From contig JAHPZI010000021.1 of NCBI GenBank assembly GCA_019058295.1, positions 225,141 to 289,140 of the forward strand: a DNA stretch of 64,000 nucleotides, in the 5' to 3' direction. This document shows, in pieces, positions 1 through 9,486 of the stretch. This DNA is from Promethearchaeota archaeon. Its GTDB lineage: Archaea; Asgardarchaeota; Lokiarchaeia; Sigyniarchaeales; SOKP01. The translations under genes and the position numbers were made by a program. The stretch's first letter is position 1. The number at the start of each line of letters is the position of its first letter. A model generated the notes under the pieces. That model saw nothing but the letters and a program-made list of their open reading frames with translations. It had not been told where the DNA came from and did not search any database.

Positions 1-135
1 TTCTTTAGTTGTATTCATTATTGTTTCCCTTATTAGTATTAATTAACATTTAATTGATAGATTGTTTAATCTTTCATTTTTTATATCTATTTTTTGAGAA
101 AGACAAACATATGTAATATTGATTAAATAAAAAAA

Positions 136-1101
136 TTAGGATTTTGATAACATTCTAACGGATTCTTCAGCTTCTTTCATAATACGCTCAATTAATTCTT
201 TAACCGTAGGGATATCGTTAATTAGCCCAACACCTTGACCGCAAGCAATGATTCCAGCTGTTAAATCGCCCTCTTCGTACATCAATTTTGATTTAGCTCC
301 TGCCGCAGCATTGAATATCTCCGATTGATCACCTTTCGATGCTTCTATTTCGAGCACTCTTTGAGCTGCCTTGTTACTCCAGACTCTATGTGTTGCTCCG
401 ATAGTTCTCATAATTATAGATGTATCGTAGATCGTGGCACTCAGAAGAGCTTGTTTTAGATTTTCATGGATCGGACATTCTTTTGTGGTCAGAAGACGTG
501 TACCTATTAAACCTCCCTCTGCTCCTAATGCTAGTATCGCAACTAATCCTCTTCCATCTGAAATACCTCCTCCTCCCACAACGGGAATATCTATTGCATC
601 AACAGTGGCGGGGGTTAATACAAGAGTTCCGATATCAAACTTTCCTGTGGCTCCACCATTTTCCCAACCGACGACCTCAACAATATCGGCTCCAAGAGAA
701 GCTGCTTTTTTTGCATATCTTACACCAGCACATTTATGGATCCATGTTATATCATTTTTTTTGAAAAGAGGGATGTACTTTTCAGGTGCTTGATGACCAG
801 ATGTTTCAATAATTTTGACCCCTTCCTCAATCATGGTTTTAACTAAATCAATTTGCTTTACGGGTTTTAACATGGGAAATAAATTTAGATTTACTGCAAA
901 TGGTCGATCAGTTAAACTCATAAGTTCTCTAAGAGCCTCACGTAAGGGTTCAGGTTTGCGAAACATTACTGATGCCATTATTCCGAGCGCACCGGAATTT
1001 GAACATGCAGCAGCAAACTCTGGATATGAGATATTCATCATATTACCGCAAAAGATAGGATACTTTAAATGTAACATTTCTGTTACTCTTGTTTTAAACA
1101 T
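136..1101 (-). CDS. Nitronate monooxygenase / FabK-like FMN-dependent oxidoreductase
   Basis: KYPIFCGNM, PFAVNL, GWENGG, PVVGGGGISDGRG, GTRLLTTKEC and CGQGVGLI motifs of the NMO/FabK family. Confidence 0.85.
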   Translation of the reverse strand: MFKTRVTEMLHLKYPIFCGNMMNISYPEFAAACSNSGALGIMASVMFRKPEPLREALRELMSLTDRPFAVNLNLFPMLKPVKQIDLVKTMIEEGVKIIETSGHQAPEKYIPLFKKNDITWIHKCAGVRYAKKAASLGADIVEVVGWENGGATGKFDIGTLVLTPATVDAIDIPVVGGGGISDGRGLVAILALGAEGGLIGTRLLTTKECPIHENLKQALLSATIYDTSIIMRTIGATHRVWSNKAAQRVLEIEASKGDQSEIFNAAAGAKSKLMYEEGDLTAGIIACGQGVGLINDIPTVKELIERIMKEAEESVRMLSKS

Positions 1102-1232
1102 TTTACAACACCTATAGAATTTGATTTTATAAAAAATGGTTTTTTCTGTTAATTCTAATTATTTTGTTAAATTATAAAACATTAACTATTATAATTTAAA
1201 TCTTGATATAATATGGAATATTTCTAAAGAAC

Positions 1233-2363
1233 ATGCAAAAATTAACTTCTAAAGATTACTATGATAAAGTTTTAGGATCATGGATAGGGAGAGTTGCGGG
1301 AGATTTTGTAGGTGAACCTGTTGAATTTTGGCCTTATGAAACAATTATAGAGAAGCATGGTGATATTGATTATTATCTCAAGCCTATAGACCTTAATTAT
1401 GTTAATGATGATGAAATGTACGAGATCTGTGCGTTAGTTGCTCTTGAAAAACATGGGATTAATATTACAGCAAAGGAAATTGCTCAGGAATGGATTGATC
1501 TCCTTTATAAATTTAATTTCACCGCAGAGGAAGTTGCTCTGAAAAACCTTAGAAATGATATTTGGCCACCTAATTCTGGGATGCATAATAATATTTATTA
1601 TGATGCAATCGGAGCGCAGATGCGGGCAGATATTTGGGGACAAATTGCTCCAGGATGCCCAGAAATTACTAAAAAATATGCTGAAATGGATGCTTCAATA
1701 AGTCATGCGGGTATTGGTATTGATGGGGAAGTTTTCGTAGCAATTTTACTCTCTCATGCATTTATTGAAAATGATATAAGAAAAAATATCGAAATGAGTC
1801 TAAAATTCATACCCTCCGCTAAAGAAAATTTTTATACTCAGATGGTCCATAAAGCATTGGAAATTTATGATCAATTTCCCGAAGACTTTAGAAAAGCAAG
1901 GGAAAAATTGATTGAATATTGGAATCATGTAAGAAAAAAGGAATTACCTATTACAGGAGTACCGGGTTCTAAATCAGAAAGTTTGCTATTAAGAAAAAGA
2001 AGAATGTTCTTATACAAATACCAGAGAGCGGGCGTCCATGTTTTACCTAACATTGGGATAATGATCCTTTCTTTACTATATGGGGCTCAAGATGAGGATT
2101 CTCTTGGAAAATCTATTTGTACAGCTGCCATGATGGGGCTTGATACTGATTGTAATTGCGGAAATATAGGTGCTATTTTAGGTGCTCAATTGGGGGCAGA
2201 TAAAATTCCCTCCAAATGGAAAGATCCTTTGCAAGATACGTTTTCTACTTATGTAAAAGGATATGAAAAATGGAAAATTACTGAATTAGCTAAAAGAATT
2301 ACTGAAATTGGAAAAAAAGTTGTTAGAGAAAAATGTCAAGATAAAATTAAAATAATTGAGTGA
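1233..2363 (+). CDS. ADP-ribosylglycohydrolase family protein
   Basis: GDFVGEPVE, NDDE, IGAQMRAD, DASISH and GLDTDCNCGNIGAILG motifs. Confidence 0.85.
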   Translation: MQKLTSKDYYDKVLGSWIGRVAGDFVGEPVEFWPYETIIEKHGDIDYYLKPIDLNYVNDDEMYEICALVALEKHGINITAKEIAQEWIDLLYKFNFTAEEVALKNLRNDIWPPNSGMHNNIYYDAIGAQMRADIWGQIAPGCPEITKKYAEMDASISHAGIGIDGEVFVAILLSHAFIENDIRKNIEMSLKFIPSAKENFYTQMVHKALEIYDQFPEDFRKAREKLIEYWNHVRKKELPITGVPGSKSESLLLRKRRMFLYKYQRAGVHVLPNIGIMILSLLYGAQDEDSLGKSICTAAMMGLDTDCNCGNIGAILGAQLGADKIPSKWKDPLQDTFSTYVKGYEKWKITELAKRITEIGKKVVREKCQDKIKIIE

Positions 2364-3991
2364 TTGTAATGAGTTTAGATTTAATTATAAGGAATGGTAC
2401 AATAGTAGATGGTACAGTAAATCCGGGTTATCAATCAGATATAGGTATTTCCAAAGGTAAAATTATGAATATAAAACCCAGTCTTACTGCAAAAGCAGAA
2501 AAGGAGATTGATGCGACAGGTCATATCGTATGTCCAGGATTTATAGACATGCATTCCCATACAGATTTGGTACTTATTCTTTTTCAGAAAATGCAATCGT
2601 CAATCTTTCAAGGAATTACGACATCAGTTGTTGGAATGTGTGGTACTGGTCTTGCACCTGTACATCCTGATAAAATTGAAGAATTTAAAAGTATCTTTAG
2701 GAGTTATATACCCCCTGGAATAGATATTAAAATTGAATGGAATTCTTATAGGGAAATGCTCGAAAGAGTGGAGAGATATCGCTGTCCAGGAAATCTTGCT
2801 TTTGTAGTAGGTTACGAGAATATAAGGATCGCTGGAGGACAAGGTACCGAAAATAGACCTCCAACTAAAGAAGAATATGAGGCAATGAAAGATTATGTGA
2901 GAGAGGCAATGGATGCTGGTGCTTTTGGAATGAGCACAGGTCTGATTTACGCACCACAAGTTTTTGCCACTACTGAAGAATTAATCGAATTATCAAAAGT
3001 AGTTGCGGAATATAAAGGGCTTTATTTTTCCCATATTCGCAATGAAGGAGGAAAAGTAGTTGAGGCTGTTAAAGAATTTATTGAAATTGTAGAGAAATCA
3101 GGTTGTGCGGGAGGGGAAATAGCGCATCATAAAGTTGCTGGAAGGACATATTGGGGGCTAAGTAAGAAAACATTGGAGTTAATTGACGAAGCTAATAAGC
3201 GTGGGTTAAGCATAACTTGCGATTCATATCCCTATACTAGAGGAATGTCAACTCTTGTTACGGCTCTTCCGCCATGGGTACATGAAGGTGGTATTGAAAA
3301 AATTTTGGAGCGGTTAAAAGACAAATCTTTACGAGAGAAAATAAAAAAGGATATTGAAAAGGGTTTAGAAGGCTGGGAGAATTGGATTCAAGTTAATGGT
3401 TTTGATCATATCTATATATCTTTTTGTAAGACAGATAAGTGGAGAGATGTAAGTGGTAAGAACATTTCTGAAATTACAAAGATGAAAGGAATGGAAGATG
3501 ATTGGGAGACATTTTTCGAAATCTTAATAGATGAAAATGCAGGTATATCAATAACTATTGAAAGCCAAGGTGAGGAAGATATTACAAGAATCATGAAAAG
3601 TAAATATCAGATGGTTGGAACCGATGGTATGGCAATTCCGAAGATCTCTGCCTTACCAGCTTTACATCCTCGTTTATATGGGACTTATCCAAAAGTCTTT
3701 GAGAAATATGTTCGAGAGAAAAAAATCTTGACCTTGGAACAAGCTATTCGCAAAATGACTTCCTTCCCAGCTGAACGATTAGGATTAAGGGATCGAGGCA
3801 TTTTAAAAGAAGGTATGGCTGCCGATATTGTAGTATTCAATCCAAATACTATTAGAGATAATTCAACTTATCTAGATACTCATCAATATCCTGATGGAAT
3901 TCCATATGTCATAGTAAATGGAGAAATAGTTGTTGAAAAGGGAAAACAACTTCGAAATTATCCAGGAAAAGTGTTGCGTCGTCCCACTTAA
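2360..3991 (+). CDS. N-acyl-D-amino-acid deacylase (D-aminoacylase, amidohydrolase superfamily)
   Basis: PGFIDMHSHTD, STGLIYAP, SHIRNE, HPRLYGTYP, GMAADIVVF; alternative ATG start at 2369. Confidence 0.9.
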   Translation: MIVMSLDLIIRNGTIVDGTVNPGYQSDIGISKGKIMNIKPSLTAKAEKEIDATGHIVCPGFIDMHSHTDLVLILFQKMQSSIFQGITTSVVGMCGTGLAPVHPDKIEEFKSIFRSYIPPGIDIKIEWNSYREMLERVERYRCPGNLAFVVGYENIRIAGGQGTENRPPTKEEYEAMKDYVREAMDAGAFGMSTGLIYAPQVFATTEELIELSKVVAEYKGLYFSHIRNEGGKVVEAVKEFIEIVEKSGCAGGEIAHHKVAGRTYWGLSKKTLELIDEANKRGLSITCDSYPYTRGMSTLVTALPPWVHEGGIEKILERLKDKSLREKIKKDIEKGLEGWENWIQVNGFDHIYISFCKTDKWRDVSGKNISEITKMKGMEDDWETFFEILIDENAGISITIESQGEEDITRIMKSKYQMVGTDGMAIPKISALPALHPRLYGTYPKVFEKYVREKKILTLEQAIRKMTSFPAERLGLRDRGILKEGMAADIVVFNPNTIRDNSTYLDTHQYPDGIPYVIVNGEIVVEKGKQLRNYPGKVLRRPT

Positions 3992-5139
3992 TATTTCCCA
4001 AATTCTTGTATAGCTTTATAAAGTGCAACAATATTTTCTGGTGGTTGATCTAATAGAAAATTGGTAGGGCCTGGAATATAACCTCCTTTTTTACCTAAAG
4101 TCTGTATACTTTTTTTAACTGAATTTCTTACGGATTCAGGCGATTCATAATTTAACATTTCTGAATCATCAATTGTTCCAACGAGAGTAATTTCTGGGTA
4201 TTTTTCTCGATACATTGAGAGATCATTATTTTTTGGTTTTAAAGATTCTACACCATCAATGCCAATTTCAACAAAATCCGGAAAAATTTCGTGAAGATTT
4301 CCACAACTGTGTAATATGAATTTAGCACCCCCATCGTGAGCCATTTTTACGTAATTAGCTAATATTGGTTTGATAAATTTGCGCCAATGTTCCGCAGGCA
4401 TTTGGAGACCTATGTTATATCCATAGTCATCTCCACACATTACAACCTCAGGTTTAGTTTTCATTATCATTTTCATCAATGGCTCTTCCATGGTTTCCCA
4501 TTGAAATTCAATATGTTGTTGAAGGTAACTTGGGTCCTTTCTGGCAAAACGCGCAAAATTTGCATGTCCAATTCCAAAAATACAATTTTCGAATGGACCA
4601 GGTTGACCTTGAGAAACTACAATATCATATTTTTTTAACATGTTCCTTCGAATTTTAGCAAAGTTACTAACACTATCCTGACTCGGTCTTAAATCGTTTG
4701 CTTTACTCCAATATTCTTCAATATTTTCTTTTTTTAAAAGTGCAGGACCTGAGAACCACCAGTGTGGAATTCCCTCATCACGAATAACAACCTTGAAATA
4801 GCCCCCATTGTTAATAACATAATCATTTAAGGTTTCTAATTTTATCGGTAATCCTGTTCCAGTGGTTCGCCAACATAAATCAATCTTTGCGTCTAAACCT
4901 CCTGGTAATATCTCAGGTGGAGAGAACTTTGCTATAATTGCATACATAAACGGAGGAGTATATGATACTTTATCCTTATCTAATTGTTTCATGTCCTCAT
5001 CAGTTAAAGCAAACGGAGATTTCATGAATTTGTCAATAAAATCAAAGTCTCCACCTAAACAAAAACTTGGAACTCTATCGGGAATTTTTCCCTCTAAAAC
5101 CGTTAAGATTCTCTCAAGAGCAGACATTTTTTCCGTCAT
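3988..5139 (-). CDS. Uroporphyrinogen decarboxylase / MtaA-CmuA-like family protein
   Basis: ERILTVLEGKIPDRVP N-terminus, GDDYG, FILHSCG and GGYIPGP of the URO-D/methylcobamide methyltransferase fold. Confidence 0.75.
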   Translation of the reverse strand: MTEKMSALERILTVLEGKIPDRVPSFCLGGDFDFIDKFMKSPFALTDEDMKQLDKDKVSYTPPFMYAIIAKFSPPEILPGGLDAKIDLCWRTTGTGLPIKLETLNDYVINNGGYFKVVIRDEGIPHWWFSGPALLKKENIEEYWSKANDLRPSQDSVSNFAKIRRNMLKKYDIVVSQGQPGPFENCIFGIGHANFARFARKDPSYLQQHIEFQWETMEEPLMKMIMKTKPEVVMCGDDYGYNIGLQMPAEHWRKFIKPILANYVKMAHDGGAKFILHSCGNLHEIFPDFVEIGIDGVESLKPKNNDLSMYREKYPEITLVGTIDDSEMLNYESPESVRNSVKKSIQTLGKKGGYIPGPTNFLLDQPPENIVALYKAIQEFGKY

Positions 5140-5141
5140 TC

Positions 5142-5507
5142 TTAGCCAGCAACACCCAATAATTTTGCTAAAACTGTTAAAATCTCAAAATTATTCAATT
5201 TAACTTTACCTTCCGCAATTGCATCCCTTATCCCAGCTGGTCCTTTATAAAGTATTTCGGTAGAGAGAGCCAAATATTCATCACATTCAATATTATCTAA
5301 ATCCTTAGGATCTTCTATATCTTCTAAAAGTTCGATTTCAAAATCTTGTTTATCAACCCTAACCATGAATGCTGGAGGAGAATCAGTTAAAAGCACAACT
5401 ACTTTAAGTGGTAAATTCGGGAAAACTTTCTCTAATCTTCTAAAAGTTCGAAGAATCCATAATGCAGAGTATATCATTGCTGGAAATCCTTCAAATAGAG
5501 GACACAT
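5142..5507 (-). CDS. SCP2-like (sterol carrier fold) hypothetical protein
   Basis: 121 aa ending in ECDEYLAL...IRDAIAEGKVKL, resembling the SCP2 C-terminal pattern. Confidence 0.45.
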   Translation of the reverse strand: MCPLFEGFPAMIYSALWILRTFRRLEKVFPNLPLKVVVLLTDSPPAFMVRVDKQDFEIELLEDIEDPKDLDNIECDEYLALSTEILYKGPAGIRDAIAEGKVKLNNFEILTVLAKLLGVAG

Positions 5508-5561
5508 TTTTAGAATTTTTTAATTTAATTGGTTTTTAACCTTATAAAATAGGAGATATAT

Positions 5562-6227
5562 TTAATATTTTTTCTCAATAATAGCTTTTATAGCATCTTT
5601 AAAAATTGTCGTACCCATTTGCTTATAACCCTCAACTGAAAAATGAAGACCATCTATGTAAGCGCACTCTTTTTTTAAGTTTCCTTCCTCATTTTTCATT
5701 CCAATATATAAATCTGCAAAGGGAATCTTATTATTTTTAAAATAATCCCGCAACATATTGTTAAGAGCAATTTTCCTTTTGTTATAAGCTTTGTTGGATT
5801 GTTCCATTCTTATTGGAGGAATGGTTCCTCCTATTGAAAATATTTTAAATTCTCTGGAAATTTCGTGTAATTTTTTAATATTTTCAAATATTTTCTCGTT
5901 TGGGATGCCCCACCCTAAATCATTAGTACCTCCAATAATTATTGAATAATTAGGTTTTGGCTTATATCTAAGTAAATCATAATTAATTCTTTGTAGAAAA
6001 TTGCTTGTTAGCTCCCCGGGAATTCCTTTATTAACGAAAAGCAAGTCATTACTAGTTTCCTCATCTATTTTCCGTCCCTTTCCTTCAATGTATTCTATAC
6101 ATAATTTTTTTAACCAAAATTCGTATTGAGAATTGTAATTACCATAACCCTCAGAAATTCCATCTGGTGCAGGGTCATAACCAGGATAACCAGCCGTTAA
6201 GGAATCTCCTAGACATAAAAATATCAT
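5562..6227 (-). CDS. SGNH/GDSL hydrolase (lipase/esterase)
   Basis: GDSLTAG, NKGIPG, GGTND and DGLHFS blocks. Confidence 0.9.
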   Translation of the reverse strand: MIFLCLGDSLTAGYPGYDPAPDGISEGYGNYNSQYEFWLKKLCIEYIEGKGRKIDEETSNDLLFVNKGIPGELTSNFLQRINYDLLRYKPKPNYSIIIGGTNDLGWGIPNEKIFENIKKLHEISREFKIFSIGGTIPPIRMEQSNKAYNKRKIALNNMLRDYFKNNKIPFADLYIGMKNEEGNLKKECAYIDGLHFSVEGYKQMGTTIFKDAIKAIIEKKY

Positions 6228-6232
6228 AAAAA

Positions 6233-6904
6233 TTACTCTGCTTCTATTTTTAATAATTTTATAATATCTTTAATACTAACAAATGATAAATCTTTTACAA
6301 TTAAATCTGCAATTAATAACTCTTTTTCATCATGGGTTGTTGTAATGGCAATTGATTTCATACCAGCTCTTTTTGCAGCTTCAATACCTACTGGAGCATC
6401 TTCAATTACTATACAATTTTCAGGTTTAACATTAATATTCTCTGCAGCGATTAAAAATACGTCAGGTTCAGGTTTACTTCTTGATACTTCAGCAGCAGTT
6501 ATAATAACGTCAAAGTATTTTTTAATTTTTAAAGTATTTAATAATAATTCAACATTTTCAGGAGGACCGCTTGAACCTACAGCTAATTTAAATCTCTCGT
6601 CTTTAAGAGTTTTTATTAATCCAATTGCTCCCGGTAAGGATTCTAATTTATCTTTTACCATTTCTCGATAATAAAATTCTTTCAGATTTGCTCTCTTAAC
6701 AACTTCTTTATCATCAACTTCATCCCCTAACAATTTACGAGTGATAATTACGCTTTGTTGGCCAAAAGTATCTTCAAAAAATTCTCTCGTAAATTCGACG
6801 CCTATTTCATTAGCCATTTTTACCCAACTCTCGAAATGGATAGGTCCTGTATCAGCCAAGACTCCGTCCATATCAAAGATAACGCAATAATCACTATAAG
6901 ACAT
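6233..6904 (-). CDS. HAD-superfamily phosphatase (beta-phosphoglucomutase-like)
   Basis: FDMDGVL, SKPEPDVF, IEDAPVGIEAA. Confidence 0.9.
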   Translation of the reverse strand: MSYSDYCVIFDMDGVLADTGPIHFESWVKMANEIGVEFTREFFEDTFGQQSVIITRKLLGDEVDDKEVVKRANLKEFYYREMVKDKLESLPGAIGLIKTLKDERFKLAVGSSGPPENVELLLNTLKIKKYFDVIITAAEVSRSKPEPDVFLIAAENINVKPENCIVIEDAPVGIEAAKRAGMKSIAITTTHDEKELLIADLIVKDLSFVSIKDIIKLLKIEAE

Positions 6905-6987
6905 AATTTTATCTATAACGTCAAATTATTTAATTATTATAAAGAATTAAAATAGGCTAATAATTTTTTGCGATACAATAACAGAAT

Positions 6988-7062
6988 GACCCTGTAGCCT
7001 AGCATGGATGGGGCGTTAGCTTGCGGAGCTAAAAATCGAGGGTTCAAATCCCCCCAGGGTCA
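6988..7062 (+). tRNA. tRNA-Arg (anticodon GCG), no intron, CCA not encoded
   Basis: Acceptor stem GACCCTG/CAGGGTC plus A; D arm GCCT..GGGC; anticodon arm TTAGC-TTGCGGA-GCTAA; T loop TTCAAAT. Confidence 0.93.
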
Positions 7063-7093
7063 TATTGTAATCTAATGCTCATTAGAGATTACT

Positions 7094-8572
7094 TTAGTTT
7101 TGGTTTTGGTTTTTTGATTCTTGAACAAGAATCCAATAATTTTTAACCATTTCTTCCAAGTTAGTAAAGCTAGGAATGTTATTATTAGCTAACAACTGTG
7201 ATATATATGCAACTTCCTTTGCCTCACCAATCAACCAGAAGAAAATCGGTTTTGAGATTTGATTTGTATTTTTTATCATTTCATCAACATTATATTGTTG
7301 TCTAAAGCGTTTTGAGCAAAAGAGCATATTGAAAAGGCCTTCTATCTCAGGTTCGCCCAGTATTGCATCATATACTAATTTTAATAAAACTGAGCGATTT
7401 ATATTATTTTTCTGGGCTTTCTCCATTGCTGGCCAAATATCTATGAGACTGAATCGATTTGGGGGCATCCAGGAGGGGAATATCTCTTCAAGGGTTTTAT
7501 ATGCCTTATCTCTAAAAAGGGGTAGATTTAAACCATGTTGCATAAGAAGATCCGCAAGAATTGTGCCAGCTCCTCCTGATCCAACTATTATTGCGACGCC
7601 ACCACCTTTTTGGGGTAGTTGCTTCCCTGTATTATACATCATTGAAAATGTTCTGGCAAACTGAAATAATTCATGGAAGCTGTGAGCTCTTATTACGCCA
7701 GACTGTTTGATTATAGCTTCAGTCAATTGTGAGTTTTCTGCAAGAGATCCTGTATGGCTTAAGGTTGCCTTTTTTCCTTGAGACGTTAACCCGCCTTTAA
7801 CTAAAATTAAAGTCTTCTTCGGGATGGTTTTCGCTTTTCTGCATAATTCAATGAATTTTCTCGGATCTTTAAATGATTCTAGATATATTGCAATAACATT
7901 GACGGTAGAATCTTCAAGAAAATATTCAAGAAACTCTATTTCACTTAAATCTGGTTTATTTCCAATTGTACATGAATATCTAAAACCGATATCAGGATAT
8001 TTCTCCATTATATACATTAAATACCCACCGTTTAACATCCCGGATTGACTTATTATCGCAATATTTCCTCTTTTATAATTATTGAAAACACCGAATCCAC
8101 TAAAAAATCCTCCTTTTTCTTCACTAGTGCTATCATTATCAAATCTCGTGATTCCCATGCAATTCGGCCCAACAATTCTTATTTTTTTAAAATTATCGGT
8201 AATTTTAAGGATTTGATCTCTCAATTCTAAACCTTTATCGGTACCCACTTCTTGAAATCCCGCAGTTTGTATGATTGCTCCCTTAATTCCTTTTTGAATA
8301 CATTCCTTTAATATCTCAGGGACAACCTTATTTGGACTATAAAAAATCGCAAGATCAACCTCATTTTCAATATCCAAAACTGATTTCTTAATCTCTAAGC
8401 CATACATTTTACCCTCTGTATTAGGGTTTATAGGATAAATCTCTCCTTTAAAATTATTAAGTGTGAGATTATTTACAATCCAGTTTCCTCCCTTTAATGG
8501 ATTTTTGGAAGCACCAATGACCGCCACTGATTTTGGGTTCAGGAATAAATTGATAATATCATTATTAGACAA
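7094..8572 (-). CDS. ADP-forming acyl-CoA synthetase alpha subunit (CoA-binding plus ligase domains)
   Basis: PKSVAVIGAS, GPNCMG, ISQSG, YLES and SHTGSLA (phospho-His); TTG start; no beta subunit adjacent. Confidence 0.85.
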   Translation of the reverse strand: MSNNDIINLFLNPKSVAVIGASKNPLKGGNWIVNNLTLNNFKGEIYPINPNTEGKMYGLEIKKSVLDIENEVDLAIFYSPNKVVPEILKECIQKGIKGAIIQTAGFQEVGTDKGLELRDQILKITDNFKKIRIVGPNCMGITRFDNDSTSEEKGGFFSGFGVFNNYKRGNIAIISQSGMLNGGYLMYIMEKYPDIGFRYSCTIGNKPDLSEIEFLEYFLEDSTVNVIAIYLESFKDPRKFIELCRKAKTIPKKTLILVKGGLTSQGKKATLSHTGSLAENSQLTEAIIKQSGVIRAHSFHELFQFARTFSMMYNTGKQLPQKGGGVAIIVGSGGAGTILADLLMQHGLNLPLFRDKAYKTLEEIFPSWMPPNRFSLIDIWPAMEKAQKNNINRSVLLKLVYDAILGEPEIEGLFNMLFCSKRFRQQYNVDEMIKNTNQISKPIFFWLIGEAKEVAYISQLLANNNIPSFTNLEEMVKNYWILVQESKNQNQN

Positions 8573-8756
8573 TATTTTAGCACTTTTTCTATTTTGTTCA
8601 CTATTCTTAATAATTCATGAAATTGTTCCTAATTCATAATTTTTTTGATTTATCTCTAATTATAATTTCTTTAAAAGAAATATTTAAAAATAGAACTTAT
8701 ATAGGTTTTATTATAAAAAGAATTTTAATAAATAAGAATATAGGTGGACATCTACA

Positions 8757-9440
8757 ATATCATACGCAGATAAAATTTATCAAGCGGCAGAATGGATAAA
8801 AAATTCCAAACATCTTGTAGTATTTACGGGAGCGGGAATTAGTACAGAATCAGGGCTCCCTGATTATCGAGGGATTTGGAGCGATGATGTTGATAATCAA
8901 ACTCGCTATAATGCTCTAGCTGTAGACTGGAAAAATGTTAAACCCAATAAAGGTCATAAAGCATTGGTTAAATTACAAGATTTAGGTATGTTAAAATTTC
9001 TTATTTCCCAAAATATAGATAATCTCCATAGAACCTCTGGAATTCAAGATGATTTAATCGCTGAGCTCCATGGTAATGTCACTTTGGCAAGATGTCAAGA
9101 TTGTGGAAAAAAATATGCGAAAACCTGGGATCGTCCTAATAAGTGTTCTTGTGGAGGTCCAATTAAATCATTTATTATAAAATTTAATGACGAGATGCCA
9201 AAACAGGAATTAGCCCACGCTTTTGAACATTCAAAGCAAGCTGATGTTTATCTAGTGGTTGGCTCCTCACTTATCACCCAACCAGCAGGTAGTTTACCGA
9301 GGATAGCAAAAAGAAATGGTGCAAAGTTAATCTTTATAAATCGAGGTGAAACAACTTTAGATAGATTAGCAGATTTAAGATTCAATGAAAATTCCAACGA
9401 TGTCTTAACCGCAATCGTGGAAGAAATTAAAAATGAATAA
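8757..9440 (+). CDS. NAD-dependent protein deacylase (sirtuin), SIRT6-like; probable ATA start
   Basis: Frame of ORF 8964..9440 stays open upstream and encodes VVFTGAGISTESGLPDYRG; also SQNIDNLH, ELHGN, CxxC..CxC, VVGSSL; AGGTGG at 8742-8747 precedes ATA 8757. Confidence 0.88.
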   Translation: MSYADKIYQAAEWIKNSKHLVVFTGAGISTESGLPDYRGIWSDDVDNQTRYNALAVDWKNVKPNKGHKALVKLQDLGMLKFLISQNIDNLHRTSGIQDDLIAELHGNVTLARCQDCGKKYAKTWDRPNKCSCGGPIKSFIIKFNDEMPKQELAHAFEHSKQADVYLVVGSSLITQPAGSLPRIAKRNGAKLIFINRGETTLDRLADLRFNENSNDVLTAIVEEIKNE

Positions 9441-9486
9441 AATATAACTTTTCAATCTTATTATACTTTTTTATATTTTTATTTAT

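Noticed and set aside
6988-7093. tRNA as an integration site for an island
   Set aside because: No integrase and no repeat of the tRNA 3' end noticed in the window
8617-8799. 60-aa ORF upstream of the sirtuin
   Set aside because: AT-rich promoter-region ORF overlapping the true sirtuin 5' end in another frame; no motif
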